A stretch of DNA of 64,000 nt from Octopus vulgaris (GCA_951406725.2 OX597824.1:92442001-92506000), one strand, 5' to 3'. Shown: positions 15,932-31,888, numbered from the stretch's first letter. Translations and numbers: made by a program. The notes: generated by a model from the letters alone, not told the origin.

Positions 15932-16138
15932 TATCATCATCACCATCATCCTCATCATCATCATCATCATCACCACCATCATCATCATCATCACCACCAT
16001 CTCCACCACCACCACAACCATCATCATCATCATCATCATCATCACCATCATCGTCATCATCATCACCGCCATCATCATCATCATCATCATCTCCACCATC
16101 ATCACCATCATCATCATCATCTCCATCATCATCATCAT

Positions 16139-16169
<31 letters not shown>

Positions 16170-16232
16170 CTCCTCCTCCTCCTCCTCATCATCATCATCA
16201 TCGTCATCGTCGTCGTCGCCGCTGTTGTTGCT
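15855..16232. repeat. (ATC)n trinucleotide microsatellite
   Basis: Direct reading. Confidence 0.95.
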
Positions 16233-16932
16233 GCTGTTATTATGGACGACATAATCTATTTTCGTTATTTTTTTCTTTTCTTATGATTACGCTTGTGGGC
16301 TTTTCTTATCATTTAACGGGTTTTCTATCGTCCTTGTTTAGCAGCCGTTCACTCCACTTCAACAAGCCCATGATTAACACGTCCCCATCTGTTAGATTTC
16401 ATTTCTTCAAAAATTTCCCCCCTCCCGCAATAGGTTACCGGCGACTGCATTTACTAAAATGTGTTTCGGATAATATGATTGGATTGTTATTTATATCAAA
16501 CAGAGGGAACGCGCGTTGGCTCACGCGTTGACTCGGCACGCATTGTTCGTGATAAATAGCCTTAGATCAAGTAGATTCACAGAAATAGATTAATTCTGAG
16601 ATATAGCCTCTCATTAAATACACAAGAATAATATAGTTAACAACGTCACATTATGTGGTCCACTTCATATAAAACTCGGGAGCATATAGCATGTAAATAC
16701 TATGAACTAGCTCAGCAATTCTATTGAGAATTTCTGATGAAATGCAGAAATGAGAATTATTGCATTCATTCCTTTAGATAATAGCAAGCAAATAAAGACA
16801 CGTGAAGTACCCACACAACTGCATAAGCTAGTGACACCAGGAAAGGGAATCTGAAACTGATCACACACCTAAAAATCATGTCACACACGACATGCTTTAC
16901 AAATATCGAACTGAAAATGCTATGATGTAGTC

Positions 16933-17289
16933 CAGGCGTGGCTGTGTGGTAAGAAGCTTGGTTCGCAATCATATGGTTGTGGGGTTCAGTTCCAGTGCGT
17001 GGCACATTGCGTAGTGTCTTGTATTTAAGAAGCCCGTTGTATATATGCTATTTCTTTATTGCCCGCAAGGAGCAAAATTTAGAGGGGACAAACAAGAACA
17101 GACAAAGGAATCAAGTCGATTACATCGACCCCAGTGCGTAACTGGTACTCAATTTATCGAAGCCGAAAGGATGAAATGTAAAGTCGACCTCGACGGAATT
17201 TGAACTCAGAAGGTAATGGCAGACGAAATACTGGTAAGCATTTCGCCCGGCGTGCTAAAGCCTCTGCCAGCTCTCCACGTTTGTATACA

Positions 17290-17337
<48 letters not shown>

Positions 17338-17583
17338 TGTGTGTGTGTGTGCGTGTGTGTGCGCGTGTATTTGTGTGTGTGTTTGTGCCCACTCCCAAAA
17401 TACACACACCGCTTGACAACCGGTGTTGGTGTGTTTGCATCGCCGTAACCTAGCAGTTCGCCAAAAGCAGTCGATAATATATAAATACCAGCTTTTAAAA
17501 AGCAAATACTCTGGTTGATTCGTTCGACTTAATGCAAAAAGAAAATGTGTTCAATGCGGTGCCCGAGTAAGAGAGAAAAGAGA
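16933..17583 (+). mobile_element. SINE family A copy interrupted by a family B SINE
   Basis: Head at 16933-17045; 3' half resumes after 17277. Confidence 0.8.
17049..17276 (-). mobile_element. SINE family B, nested
   Basis: Reverse complement of the 25161-25398 copy. Confidence 0.9.
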
Positions 17584-18391
17584 AAATATACCATGTCAGA
17601 AACAAAAAGAGGATGTTATGGTAAAATATTAATAATAGGAATACTCGTTGTGAGGAGACCAGGGGTTAAACTCTTAAACATATAAACTACAGCTGCACAG
17701 CAAGGTAATGTAAAATTACCCCTAAAAATACGCAGCACACTATATGGTTAAAAAGTAAGGTCACATTGTATTATGTAGTCCTAGATATTCTGTGCCTGAA
17801 ACGAAAATGGATGTCATAGGTAGAATGACATTGATAAAAAATAATCTCGATATGAGATGACCGCGGGTTAAACAGAGACAATATATCAAATGAACAATCG
17901 CTATGTTTGACGTGTATCTGCTTATCACGGATTTATATGTTTGCAAGTTTGTATTGTTAAAATATAACAGATAATTACTCGCACATATCTGTAGGGTGGC
18001 TGCCTATGACACAGCAGAGTGTCGAGAGCCGTGAAAGGGGAAGCATATGAACGAACTACGGAGCATTATTAAAAAAAAAAATGGTTGCAGCAGAAATAAG
18101 GGTTTCTTTATCGATTGTCAATTTTCGGTAGAGAAAGGTTTATAGTTGTTGCCGGTGTGTCTGTTGTACGGGACTGCGTGAAAGATTTCTGTGTTTCCCA
18201 ATCAGTGTCGCCTAAGGGCAAGTACAGATTCGACAAGACAATATATGTATGTATACACATACGTATTATAAAGACGTTTACACACACCTATACACACGTA
18301 CAAATGTTTATACAAATCTATCTCTTTATGCCTTTCGCTCCCAGACACACAGACCTACAGACACACACTCATACACAAACACATTCTCACC

Positions 18392-20634
<2,243 letters not shown>

Positions 20635-21692
20635 GTACGCGCACCAAATCTCGCGCGCACAAACGCACACTATCAGACACAATCTTTTAATGTTTGTCAC
20701 TCATCGCGCTGCGGTCCTTCTCGTGTGGCAACCTCAGGGTTCTTTTGCCGACCATATAAATTTCAGTACTTATACCCATCTGGTATTTATTTTATTGATC
20801 TCTCTTCTATCAAATAGCCGAGGTACCTTTATGGCACACGCCGTGTTTGTTTTTTTATTTATTCTTCCTTTCTTTTCTGTTGTTGGAATTCTCTCAAATA
20901 TACAAAGAAAATCAGAAAACACACTCACTACCCAAAACCGCACACATACACACAGTCACATGCTGTCGCACTCACACATGAAAACACAGATTCTGAAGCT
21001 CACATACAAATATTATAAAATGCTTTGAGATAAATAATTAAAAACAAATATACATTGAACGGATAATTCAATATACGTGCTAAGTCAAATATTTTCTATA
21101 AGATTTTTCACAACGACTCAATGTCTTCAAAGCGGTGCCCCAGCATGGTGGCTGTCTGATTGCAAAAACAAGTAAGGATGAAAGATAAAGACAAAAACAA
21201 GCTATTTCTAAATTTTGCAGTAAAATCTAGATTGAAAGAGAAAAATTAGGCTTATTTGTACTAATCGAAACGATCGTAAGTTTGGATGAAGTTGGCCAAA
21301 TTAGACATGGTTCTAATGCGAGCAGACAAGGATATATTTCATTAAGTTACAATGAACATAAAATAACAAAAGGGACGAGAAGATTTTATGAATATGTTTC
21401 TATAACATAACGCTTGCACTAAGTAACAACACTAAGAAAAAAAAAAACAATTTCGGTAACATCAGCCTAAACATATTAAATGTCATAACGTATGCCTACG
21501 TACACACATCTATTTAGATATACATGCGCATGTATGTACACATACACACATACATACACAGACACACACACTCACACATACACATATATGTCCTCAGTCT
21601 ATAGTAGAGGACACTTTATATATATACTAGAGTATATAATATATACTAGCTTGTATTGCATATATATATACTAGTGTATATAATATATTATA

Positions 21693-21768
21693 GTGCCATG
21701 CGGTGGGACTGATCATAGTACCATATTGTTGGGAATCAATCTGCTTACCACACAGCCACGCCTGCGCC
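21693..21768 (-). mobile_element. SINE family A head fragment
   Basis: gtgggactga...cttaccacacagccacgcctgcgcct is the reverse complement of the head. Confidence 0.8.
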
Positions 21769-21769
21769 T

Positions 21770-21924
<155 letters not shown>

Positions 21925-22039
21925 TAATCCTTTCGACTATAGGCACAATTTTAGGGGAGATCAGCCGATTACATCGAACCCAGTGAAAAGTGGTACTTAA
22001 TTTATCGACCACGAAATGATGAAAGGCAAAGCCGACCTA
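21925..22039 (-). mobile_element. SINE family B 3' fragment
   Basis: ggtacttaatttatcgacc...atgaaaggcaaag is the reverse complement of the Deu/Nin-like motif. Confidence 0.8.
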
Positions 22040-23416
22040 AAAAGACAGACGATGCATGCATACATACATGCATATACATATATATATCCACACTACTAAT
22101 ATAGTGGTTGAGTGTGGCCGGTCAGAGAGTTACTATCGGTTTTCGCACACGTATAAAGCTCTGGTGAGCCATAACCAACAATTCTATCATTAATTATTAC
22201 TGCTCAAAAGATTGTACACTGCTTTTTTTTCGGATGTATGAACATCTGACTGATCATATATATGAACATATATATATATATACCTATTTTTCTTATTTGT
22301 CTATTAAGACTACTATTGATTTCATGTAAAGATATTATGATAAATACGTTTGTGCAGGTGGATGTGCTTGTGTGTATAGACATGCAGCATGCCCTAATAC
22401 ATTAGCAAAACCTGGTCATCTGCGCATTTTCCGTTTCTTCCCAATGCAGTCGTATCCGTAGATATTTAACCCCCATCTGCCGAACCGTTTATCAATATTT
22501 CTTATACATACGTATCTGTTGTACTTGTGCAAGGAGAATATGTGCTTAACATTTCTGACTGTTTTATGTGCATTATGAATATATTTTCGAATCACCTGAT
22601 ACGAAGAGAAGCTTAATATTCGATATTGGATCTAAATTGCCTTATGATTGATAGCAACCTACTCCTAATATGAGTATTTGTAGTTTTCTCTTCAGGAGAA
22701 ATACGCCTGGTTTGACTTTTAACAGTGACTACATAGCTTTTTCCTTCTTAGATTTATTGCATATCAACGAAAAGCAACGGATCTTGTTTGCTTTATTTTT
22801 TTAAATAAATCTTAACTATCACATATTGTGTGTGTATGTATGAGAAAGAGAGACAGTGAGAGTGAGAGAGAGAAATAGAGAGATAGATGTAGAGAGGTAG
22901 AGTAACAGAAGTAGAGACAGAGAGAGAGAATGCATCTATGCTAATGTGCAAGAGAAAAGTGTACATGTATTCTGCCTTGCCGAAAATAATTGCTACGTTT
23001 TAATGATTTCTTAATATTGAGTATGATTTATAAAATGTATTATTTATGTATGTAAAAAAATTGTGTACATAGATGGACAGAGAATTTATTAGATAATTAT
23101 AAATTTTATTTTGATATGTATATGAATTATTGAAAATGTTCTCGAATTTTATTATCATAATGAAGTTAAAAAATAGAGAAAGCTGTTTTACGTGAACGTG
23201 AGTCGGCTTTCGGAGTAATTATTTCATTCTATATTTATGAGCCATAATGTATTTGATTAAATAATTTAAATATATCAATTTTTTTTAAATCTTAAACAAG
23301 CTACCGAATGGTTGGAATTCATTGCGATGCCAAGGATTTATGTAAAATGTCATAATTTCCAAATTGAACAAAAATAAGAAAGGGCTCAAAACACGGGAAA
23401 TTTTTATATACATGCA

Positions 23417-23505
<89 letters not shown>

Positions 23506-23506
23506 G

Positions 23507-23557
<51 letters not shown>

Positions 23558-23990
23558 GTCTATCTATCTTGCTAGCTAGCTATCTATATACCTACATCTC
23601 TATCTACACGCACACACATGCACATGAATATATATATATATATACACACACACACGCACGCACACACACACACGCACACATACACACATACACACACACA
23701 CATATGTATATATATATATGTATATGTATATGTGCACATATGCATATATGTATTAATTTATATACAATATTTATATATCAGTATGCGTTTGTGTCTAAGG
23801 CCATCTTAATTCCAGTTAATATCAGAAGGATGTCAACTTCGACAAGAAAGGTTTGCTTCTTAGAGAGTTCACCGTGTTAGAACCACTTCCTAGCAACAGT
23901 ATTTCTATGAGAAATGCCCTGAACCATCGTTGATTGCTGGGTTTTTTTATATGTATATGAAATATTGTATTTTATATGTATATGAAATAC

Positions 23991-24395
23991 GCGCAGGAGT
24001 GGCTGTGTGGTAAATAGCTTGCTAACCAACCACATGGTTCCGGGTTCAGTCCCACTGTGTGGCATCGTGGGAAAGTGTCTTCTGCTATGGTCCCGGGCCG
24101 ACCAATGCCTTGTGAGGGGATTTGGTAGACGGAAACTGAAAGAAGCCTGTCGTATATATGTATATATATATGTGTGTGTTTGTGTGTCTGTGTTTGTCCC
24201 CCTAGCATTGCTTGACAACCGATGCTGGTGTGTTTACGTCCCCGTCACCTAGCGGTTCGGCAAAGGAGACCGATAGAATAACTACTGGGCTTACAAAGAA
24301 TAAGTCCCGGGGTCGATTTGCTCGACCAAAGGCGGTGCTCCAGCATGGCCGCAGTCAAATGACTGAAACAAGTAAAAGAGTAAAAGAGTAAGAGT
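23991..24395 (+). mobile_element. SINE family A, full-length, little diverged
   Basis: A box (tggctgtgtgg), B box (ggttcagtccc), CORE-like segment, internal TA/TG tract, (GTAAAAGA)n tail. Confidence 0.93.
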
Positions 24396-25160
24396 ATTGT
24401 AAATGGTCTCGAATTTAATAATCATGATGAAATTAAAGACAGATTGAGAAGAAAACGGTTTTAAGTGAACGTGAGTAGGCTTTCATAGTAACCTTGCCAC
24501 TCTATATTTATGAGCAATGGTTATGAGAATTTCTCGTAGAGAGACGGTGAGTAGGAAGTGATTCTAATACGGTGAACAATGGTTAAAGGCATTTCTCATA
24601 GAAACATGTCCTTATCCATTGTTGATAGCTTTTTTTACAGGACACATGTAAACTGCAGAGTCATTGTCCTCGATTTACACTCTAAAATAAATAAATAACT
24701 AAATTCAGGTGACTAACAAAAGAAGATAATTGAAATTGAAATAAATTTATTGCTTATAAACTCTATCAGGTTTTTCATTATTTTAGAATACTGTGTTGAA
24801 TATTTGATGCCATAATGTGAGCGTCTTGATGCAGCAGACAAATCTCATTGGCTCTGTATACACCTATCTTTAAAGAGGAAGAAATGTAAAGCATTGTACA
24901 ATGTTGATCGCTGTATACGCTGCTGCTGCATAAAATATGGTCGCAGGTAAGTATGATAGTGGCTTAACTGGCCTAAACTTCGAAGTCACTGTCAGCATCA
25001 TTCTTGTTGAAGAATAATAAATTTGTACTTTACGAATGTATCGACTAGCGTATCAGATTAATATAAGCATGTTTTTTTTTTATTACATCTGAACATAAAG
25101 GTGGTTACCATGTGGAATCGTTAGCATGCAGGGCAAAATGCTTGACGGTATTTCGTTTAG

Positions 25161-25398
25161 AGTGGCGAGATGGCAGAACCGTTAGCACGCCGGGCGAAAT
25201 GCGTAGCCGTATTTCGTCTGCCGTTACGTTCTGAGTTCAAATTCCGCCGAGGTTGACTTTGCCTTTCATCATTTCGGGGCCGATAAATTAAGTACCAGTT
25301 ACGCACTGAGGTCGTTATAATCAATTTAATCCCTTTGTCTGTCCTTGTTTCTCCTCTCTGTGTTTAGCCCCTTGTAGGTAGTAAAGTAATAGGTATTT
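25161..25398 (+). mobile_element. SINE family B, full-length (partial head at about 25098-25157)
   Basis: ggcgagatggcagaaccgttagcacgccggg...gagttcaaattcc...gcctttcatcatttcggggccgataaattaagtaccag. Confidence 0.9.
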
Positions 25399-25898
25399 AG
25401 TTAAAATTCCCACTGAGGTTCTTAACACCGTTCGACGTATTGATCTTTTTGATTATTCTCTTGGCGGTTGCCACAGAGACATCATGCTGCTTTGAAATGG
25501 TCATGTAACCCTTCATTTCACTATGAGCACGCACAAGACGTAGTCGTAGGTCCTTAATGAGCTCCGTCTTCATAACTATGACGTTCAAAAACTGAAAATA
25601 ACCGGAACACTTTTCCTTTATTTATACTCCATTCATACTCTATTTATACTCTTCTGGAAATAAATATAGGACAAAGATTAGCATATTGACAGGAAGTGAA
25701 AACAGGAGTATGAATAATTCTGAGCATGTGCGACAAAGAACTTTAGACCATATCTACTGTTATGCAAATGAAGTTTAGACAACTCGTATGCTGATTTGTG
25801 CAAACACAGGAAGTACCATCATAATAGCTTTTACAAATGAAGAATCTAAAAAAGAATGTTAGTTACAATGGCGTATGAATAATTTTGAGGGCGACAGT
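25397..25898 (-). mobile_element. Tc1-like transposon 5' remnant (IR/DR type) with transposase N-terminus
   Basis: KTELIKDLRLRLVRAHSEMKGYMTISKQHDVSVATAKRIIKK resembles the Tc1 paired-like HTH. Direct repeat gtatgaataattYtgag at about 25708 and 25873. Truncated at the SINE. Confidence 0.8.
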
Positions 25899-26964
25899 TT
25901 ATTTGCATTAAATGTCCTTTTATAAATACGTCACGATGGAATTGTTTAGTTTAAAGTCTCATTATCAAACAGGAATATCTTGCGAAATCGGTGAAGTAGA
26001 ATGAATATTCCGTGCCACTTTAAGTATTCCGTTTTCTGTATAATTGTCTTTATTTGTGTATTGTGTTTATAGTTGAAGACTCGTTTGTACATGATTCTAA
26101 CGAAATATTGAAAATAAATCTGTTGTCAAACCAGTGATAAGAAAACTATATGCATCTGCGTGTAATCGTCTATATATGTGTATATATGCTTATGCACGCT
26201 CCCTTCCGAGTGTATGCGTTAGTATAATATAGCTGTGTGTTTAAAATATATTCTCGTTTTGAAGGACTGACCCAGAGAATAAAACAAAATGGAAGATGTA
26301 ATGGCAAAAATAAAGTAAATGAATAAATATATAAATATAGGAAGAGTCACGAAAAATTTTGTGATGTTTCTGACATTTGAACTGTTATAGATTTAAGATC
26401 AAATACGGTTTCTTTAAAATTCCCTAAGACGTAAATACTTCGATAGATGAAATCAGCTTTACAAACTCTATCGTTTGCTTATTTTTTGTTGTTGTCCGTG
26501 AGGAAGTGATGTGAGTATATCGTTTACTGTGTCTTAAGTTTTGTCGTTGTAGTTCTGCTTTTTGTGAGTCATATTATCTTATTTTCCTATTCTGTAAATG
26601 ATACTGAAATATTGAAGAATGCGCACAGTTTTTGTTTCTTTGTTATATTTAGCCCACGCTATCTTGTCAGCTTCACGAACTATGATCAAAGGTGTTATCT
26701 CTATGACCATCCGAGTATTTCAAGGTATGAAGGACCTCAAAACTTGTCTTTCCATTTCTTTCTTTACACGAATTTTGTATGATCGGAGGTAAATTTTGGT
26801 GCAAATTTTATAACCCCATATTAAGATATTAGTGTTTCCCGTCTGCTTGTCCTCGCAAACATAATTGTATAGAATAAGGGTAAAAAACAAGGAACGCTAA
26901 TTTTGAGGGGCTGCCATATTACACACACACACACACACACACTTATACAAACATATATATCAAA

Positions 26965-27166
26965 ATGTGACCTCGTGTGTACCGTTGGCGATTTTTTTTC
27001 CTCTGTCTTCCCTTCTCTTGATCTTTCCTTCTATGTTTCCGACGAAGAGCTCCGCTCGAAACGTTAAACCCTCCTTCTTCCCTTCTTTCCTGAGCGTCCA
27101 ATAATACTATATTTGTTCCACGTCCTCGCGTTGTTGTGTTTTTTTTTTGTGTTTTCTTATTTGGAT

Positions 27167-27171
<5 letters not shown>
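26965..27171 (+). mobile_element. TA-embedded hammerhead-like element family H2, copy 1
   Basis: Motif at 27035-27069: GTTT CCGACGA A GAGC-TCC-GCTC GAAAC GTT AAAC. Second copy at 61970-62176 (-). Confidence 0.75.
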
Positions 27172-27215
<44 letters not shown>

Positions 27216-27217
<2 letters not shown>

Positions 27218-27507
27218 TCTCAACAATTGAGGGTAAAATTAATTAATTATTAATCAATTTCACCAAGTATTCAGTATGTAAAGGGACCATTTTAGGCGAA
27301 TTCAAAATATTACATTATGTATAAGGGCTTAGTAAAATAAATTACTTTGCCACATACTGAACTCATTAGAAATAGCAGCTAAAGAAATTTCTTTAGCTAT
27401 TTCTAATACTTAAAGAAGATAGAAATAGCTAAAGAAATTTCTTTAGCTGCTATTTCTAATGAGTTCAGTATGTGGCAAAGTAATTTATTTTACTAAGCCC
27501 TTATACA

Positions 27508-27511
<4 letters not shown>
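27216..27511. repeat. TA-embedded element with perfect 92-bp inverted repeat
   Basis: 27314-27405 is the exact reverse complement of 27420-27511; 14-nt spacer. Confidence 0.9.
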
Positions 27512-27570
<59 letters not shown>

Positions 27571-27576
<6 letters not shown>

Positions 27577-28013
27577 ATTTGGGGATGGTCTTGTTGCCAG
27601 TTTAGCCAATAAAAGACACGCACTATATATTTGGTGTTAATTTCCTTCAGCTTTATTTTATTTTCTTACATCAATCGTATTTCACACAGAGTTCTTTCGT
27701 CACACTTTTGTGACCTCATCCTTTCATTTCTTCTTTCAGCCATTTTGTATTTTGTATTCCTATTGTATGTGTTTTAATATAAATAAAGTCGTATACAATA
27801 GGAATACAAAATGGAAAATGGCTGATCGTTAGTAAGGAAAGACACACAGATAAGAAGGACGAAAGCAAAGGACCACTGATAAGGTCATAGAAGTGTAACG
27901 AAAAATCTCTGGGCGAAATACGATTAATGTAAAAAGTAAAATAAAGCTGAAGCAAATTAACATAAAATATATAATGCTTGTGTTTTATTGACTAAACTGG
28001 CAACGTGATCGTC
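27571..28013. mobile_element. Inverted pair of hammerhead-like elements, family H3
   Basis: Diverged arms at 27584-27768 and 27793-28013, each with a damaged hammerhead core (27685-27720 minus; 27873-27912 plus). Confidence 0.65.
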
Positions 28014-28760
28014 AATGAAATTTAAAGTATTCAAACAGTGACAGAATAGAGTTCATTAATCCGGAAGTCCATGGGAATTATTATACATTTAAGTAAAAGA
28101 GGATCTCTCTCAGCCTCCATATCTCCATTGACCAACAAGGGGCGTTTTTTCTGCGATATCAAACTGAAACATGTGACGAGAGCATCGAACTAAACAACGT
28201 TGGAAGTCCTGCCACAAAATATTGTAGTTTGAAGTAATACAGAATATCTACAACCGACTAAAATCTCCAGCGACACTCGATGGGCATCCTTTCTCGGATC
28301 ATGATCACCTTTTAGCAAAAGGTGAGATAATACCCTGTTTTCTTTTGACCAATCGATGTTTATGACAAGAGACCTGTTATATCAAACCCACATTGTTAGT
28401 GCATTATTTATTAGAAACTGTTTCACTACCTGCACTATTTCGTGAACCACGAGGCCCATTAGAGGGGATTTTTTTTAGTTGATATAAATTATGCATGGAA
28501 ATACTTTCAAATTTCGCCTTAGCTAGAAGATTAAATTCTTTCCCTTGAGCGAAAGTAAGTAGGCGAGAAAGGAAACAGATCTCCAACACAGTTTTACACG
28601 TATTCAAATTAACACTCTGTTATAAGGAATTTCATTTCATTTCACAGTATGTTTAGAAGTATTAACATCATATAAAAAAAAAACAATGCTATGTCTTACA
28701 TTTCATATGTAAGTCGTATAATGATTCTTACTTCAAAGCGGCAGTGTCCAGGTTTGAGTA

Positions 28761-29345
28761 TATTGGGCCGTGCCATAAATAATGCGGTCTTTTATACTTT
28801 TTTGGGGGGGCAAAATTTAGATTAACAAAGTCTTTTTTAATCTAAAGTATACTCTCCTTCATTTTCTACAATGCCCTTCCATCTGTCTGGTAGACTTTCA
28901 ATGCTACTCTTCCCAAATTCCCTTGCCCGTGACGAAACATATTCTACAGTCCTGTTCAGACCTCATCTACAGAATTCATATTCTTTCCGTCCAAATGATT
29001 TTGAAGACTGTAGAATAAATGATAATCAAATGGGACAATATCTGGCGAATATCGTGGGTGGGGCATCGTTTCCCATTTAAACTGCTGCAGCCTTTGGGTT
29101 GTCATTCTCGCTGTATGTGGCTGAGCATTATCCTGATGGCACAACACCTTTCCTCTTCAAACCAAGGATTGTCATCTTCTTCTAGGGCTGACTTAAACCA
29201 CTGAAGCTGCTCGCAGTAGATCTCTTTGTTATCGTTTGTTTTGGGTTTAAAGTTTCACAAGTGGACTAACAGTTTCATATCCGATCAAAAAGATAACAAC
29301 TCCTTACGTGGCTGAAGGCTTTCTTTAGCCTGCGTTTATAGCAAG
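28761..29345 (-). mobile_element. mariner (DD34D) transposon 3' remnant
   Basis: HQDNAQPHTA...HPRYSPDIVPFDYHLF catalytic motifs with stops and frameshifts. TIR-like tattgggccgtgccataaataatgcgg at 28761. Confidence 0.9.
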
Positions 29346-29529
29346 TGGACACAGATAGTTTATCCTGTCCCCTTCAGACTTTTAGATCATCCAATTAAAA
29401 ACAGAGCATTATTTATGGTATGACACAGTATACTAGTTATATTAAAATATAGTTGATTAACGTTCAGATAACGTGAAGAACTAAAGTTACTTTTAAATAA
29501 CACTATACCAAATTTATGCACATAACGTT

Positions 29530-29735
29530 TGGGGAGCTGACAAAACCGTTACCAATCCACTCAAAATGTTTAATGTCAGGTTGCTTCTTCCGTCTTTACG
29601 TTCTGAGTTCGAATTCCACCGAGGTCATACATTCGGGGTCGATAAAATTGGCACCAAGTGTGTACGCGCGTCAATCTAATTGACCAGTCCGCGCCCAGCT
29701 GAAGTTACTGCCCTTTGACTAAAATTTGAAATCGA
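29530..29735 (+). mobile_element. SINE family B, degenerate
   Basis: cgttctgagttcgaattccaccgaggtc...ttcggggtcgataaaatt. Confidence 0.7.
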
Positions 29736-30879
29736 TATCTATCATCGATTAGATCAAATAATATGTTGTTTTTGCAGGTCGTTGAATACTAATTTCTATT
29801 ATTTTAATTACGTTTGGATTTAGATTCTGAAAAGATAAATCACAACTCATCTCACTCAATACTTAGAAACATCATATCTGAGCTTTGACATTATGAAACA
29901 ATATACGAATAGGAATGTTGTATAACTGAGAGGTATCAATATTATAGAAGTAAATATTTAGCTCACTCGGGTAATTCTATTTAGTTCAGGAGGTTAATGA
30001 CTTTGGGGAAAATATCCTTGTCACATTGTATCATCTTCTCTCTAACAATGAATGTCGAAGTGCATTCATCGTAGCTAAATGGCATAATATTAAATTAGAT
30101 CTGATATATAATAACATCTTTTCAGCCGCAATCATTGACAATTTTCTTAAGAATACAGCATATTTTATTTATTATGATGTATGTCCCCACTTTGGCTCTG
30201 TTACGAGGTGTGAGATGTCCTTGTAGACGTGATAGTCTGCAGTCTGAAGGAGAGTTTTGCTAGAAAGTAATTAGTCGATCTGAAACATAACGTCTTATTC
30301 ACTGGTTGGCATTTGTGCGCTTTATTTAAGATTGTACAGTGATTTGCGGGATAATTAGCTGCGATTTTTAGTTATGTGACCACAGAAACTACTGTTTTTT
30401 GACTCGTCATTGTAGTTTATTATTCTTACAACCAGCAAGAACTTTTCAGTTGTGTTTTCTTGATAACATTGTTGATGTATTTGTTTTGAGTTAAATAAAA
30501 ATTAAAAATGGTAGAACAATACAAAACCAATAAACAATTATTCTATTTCAATCTGTTCTCGCATGGCTGCACATGAGTTTTTCTTCTCTTCTTTGCCAGT
30601 TCTTCGCTTCAACTTTGGTACTTTGTCAAAGAACGTCATATTTCTTTTTGTCAGGGTTTAAAATTGAGACAAACAAGGTGATAGATTGGCAGTTGAGGGT
30701 TAGTCCAGGACCAGGAAATATCGGTTGAGAAGAAGGAATGATTGATTTTAGAGTTGGCTGATTTTGTCGTTCTTTTGAATAATCTTAATTTTTTTTTGTC
30801 GTTTTACTTTCTTCTGTTCCAAGATAACAAACCGTTATCTTCCTTGTTCTCTTCGTAGTCGTAATCCTCACATCCACTA

Positions 30880-31460
30880 GACTATCACTATCACCGTCAT
30901 CACTACGACGACGACGATGACAACGATGACAACCACCAACATCACCAACACCCCCATCACCACTAGCACCATCACCGGCATCTCCACCGTCATCATTGCA
31001 ACTCTCATCATCTTCATAATCATTGTCGTCATCATCATAACCATCATCATCGTTGTCGTTCTCGCCATCGCCGTCGGCGTCGTCATCATCATCATCATCC
31101 TCATCATCATCCTCATCATCATCATCCTCCTCAACCTCCTCCTCATCATCATCATCATCATTCATCATCATCATCACCATCACTACCACCACCACTATCA
31201 TCATTATCATTATCATCATCATCATCATCATCATCATCGTCGTCGTCGTCGTCGTCGTCGTCATCAACATCCTCATATTCTTCGTCGTCATTGTAACATT
31301 CGTCATCATTTTCTTTATCGCTGTCGTTGCCATCTCCAGAGACGACAGAATCCTCGCGTTGTAATCAGTATTGTGCTTTTCATTACGCCCACGTTTAATA
31401 CATTGATCAACCGCAACACAATAACAACATCATCATGCAACCATCATCATCATCATCACT
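30880..31460. repeat. Degenerate (CAT)n/(CGT)n trinucleotide repeat
   Basis: Direct reading; homopolymeric ORFs in several frames. Confidence 0.9.
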
Positions 31461-31888
31461 GGCTATCCCTTTCGTCATCAAAATCACAAACATAACGTCA
31501 CCCTTAATATTAGTAATAATCTTATACTTGTGTCTTCATCAATTTCGTCATCAATTTTTTTAATAGAAAACAAAATTATTGCGAATATGCAATTGAAACC
31601 AACTGAATACTAAGATCTATCTCCACCAAGAACCACATGGACCGGCAGTAACAACTTTATTTACACACTCACTCTCTCCCTCTCTCTCTGTTTGTATGTA
31701 TATATATATATATATATATACATACATGCATACACACACACATACCCACACATACCCCCCACACACACATATGTATCTATTCACACACACACACACATGT
31801 ACGTATTTGTGTTATGTGTTAATACAAACGTCTTTTATGTATGTAAGTATGTATATATATATATATATATATAATCTGCAGTCCGTAA

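Noticed and set aside
23991-24060. tRNA gene calls at SINE heads
   Set aside because: No complete cloverleaf; continuous with SINE bodies present in many copies.
27420-27480. CTAATGA after a long stem as a hammerhead core
   Set aside because: G5 is missing and there is no downstream GAAA or stem II.
30785-31495. Asp-rich / His-rich ORFs resembling biomineralisation or metal-binding proteins
   Set aside because: Open in several frames on both strands because of the (CAT)n repeat; no signal peptide or splice support.
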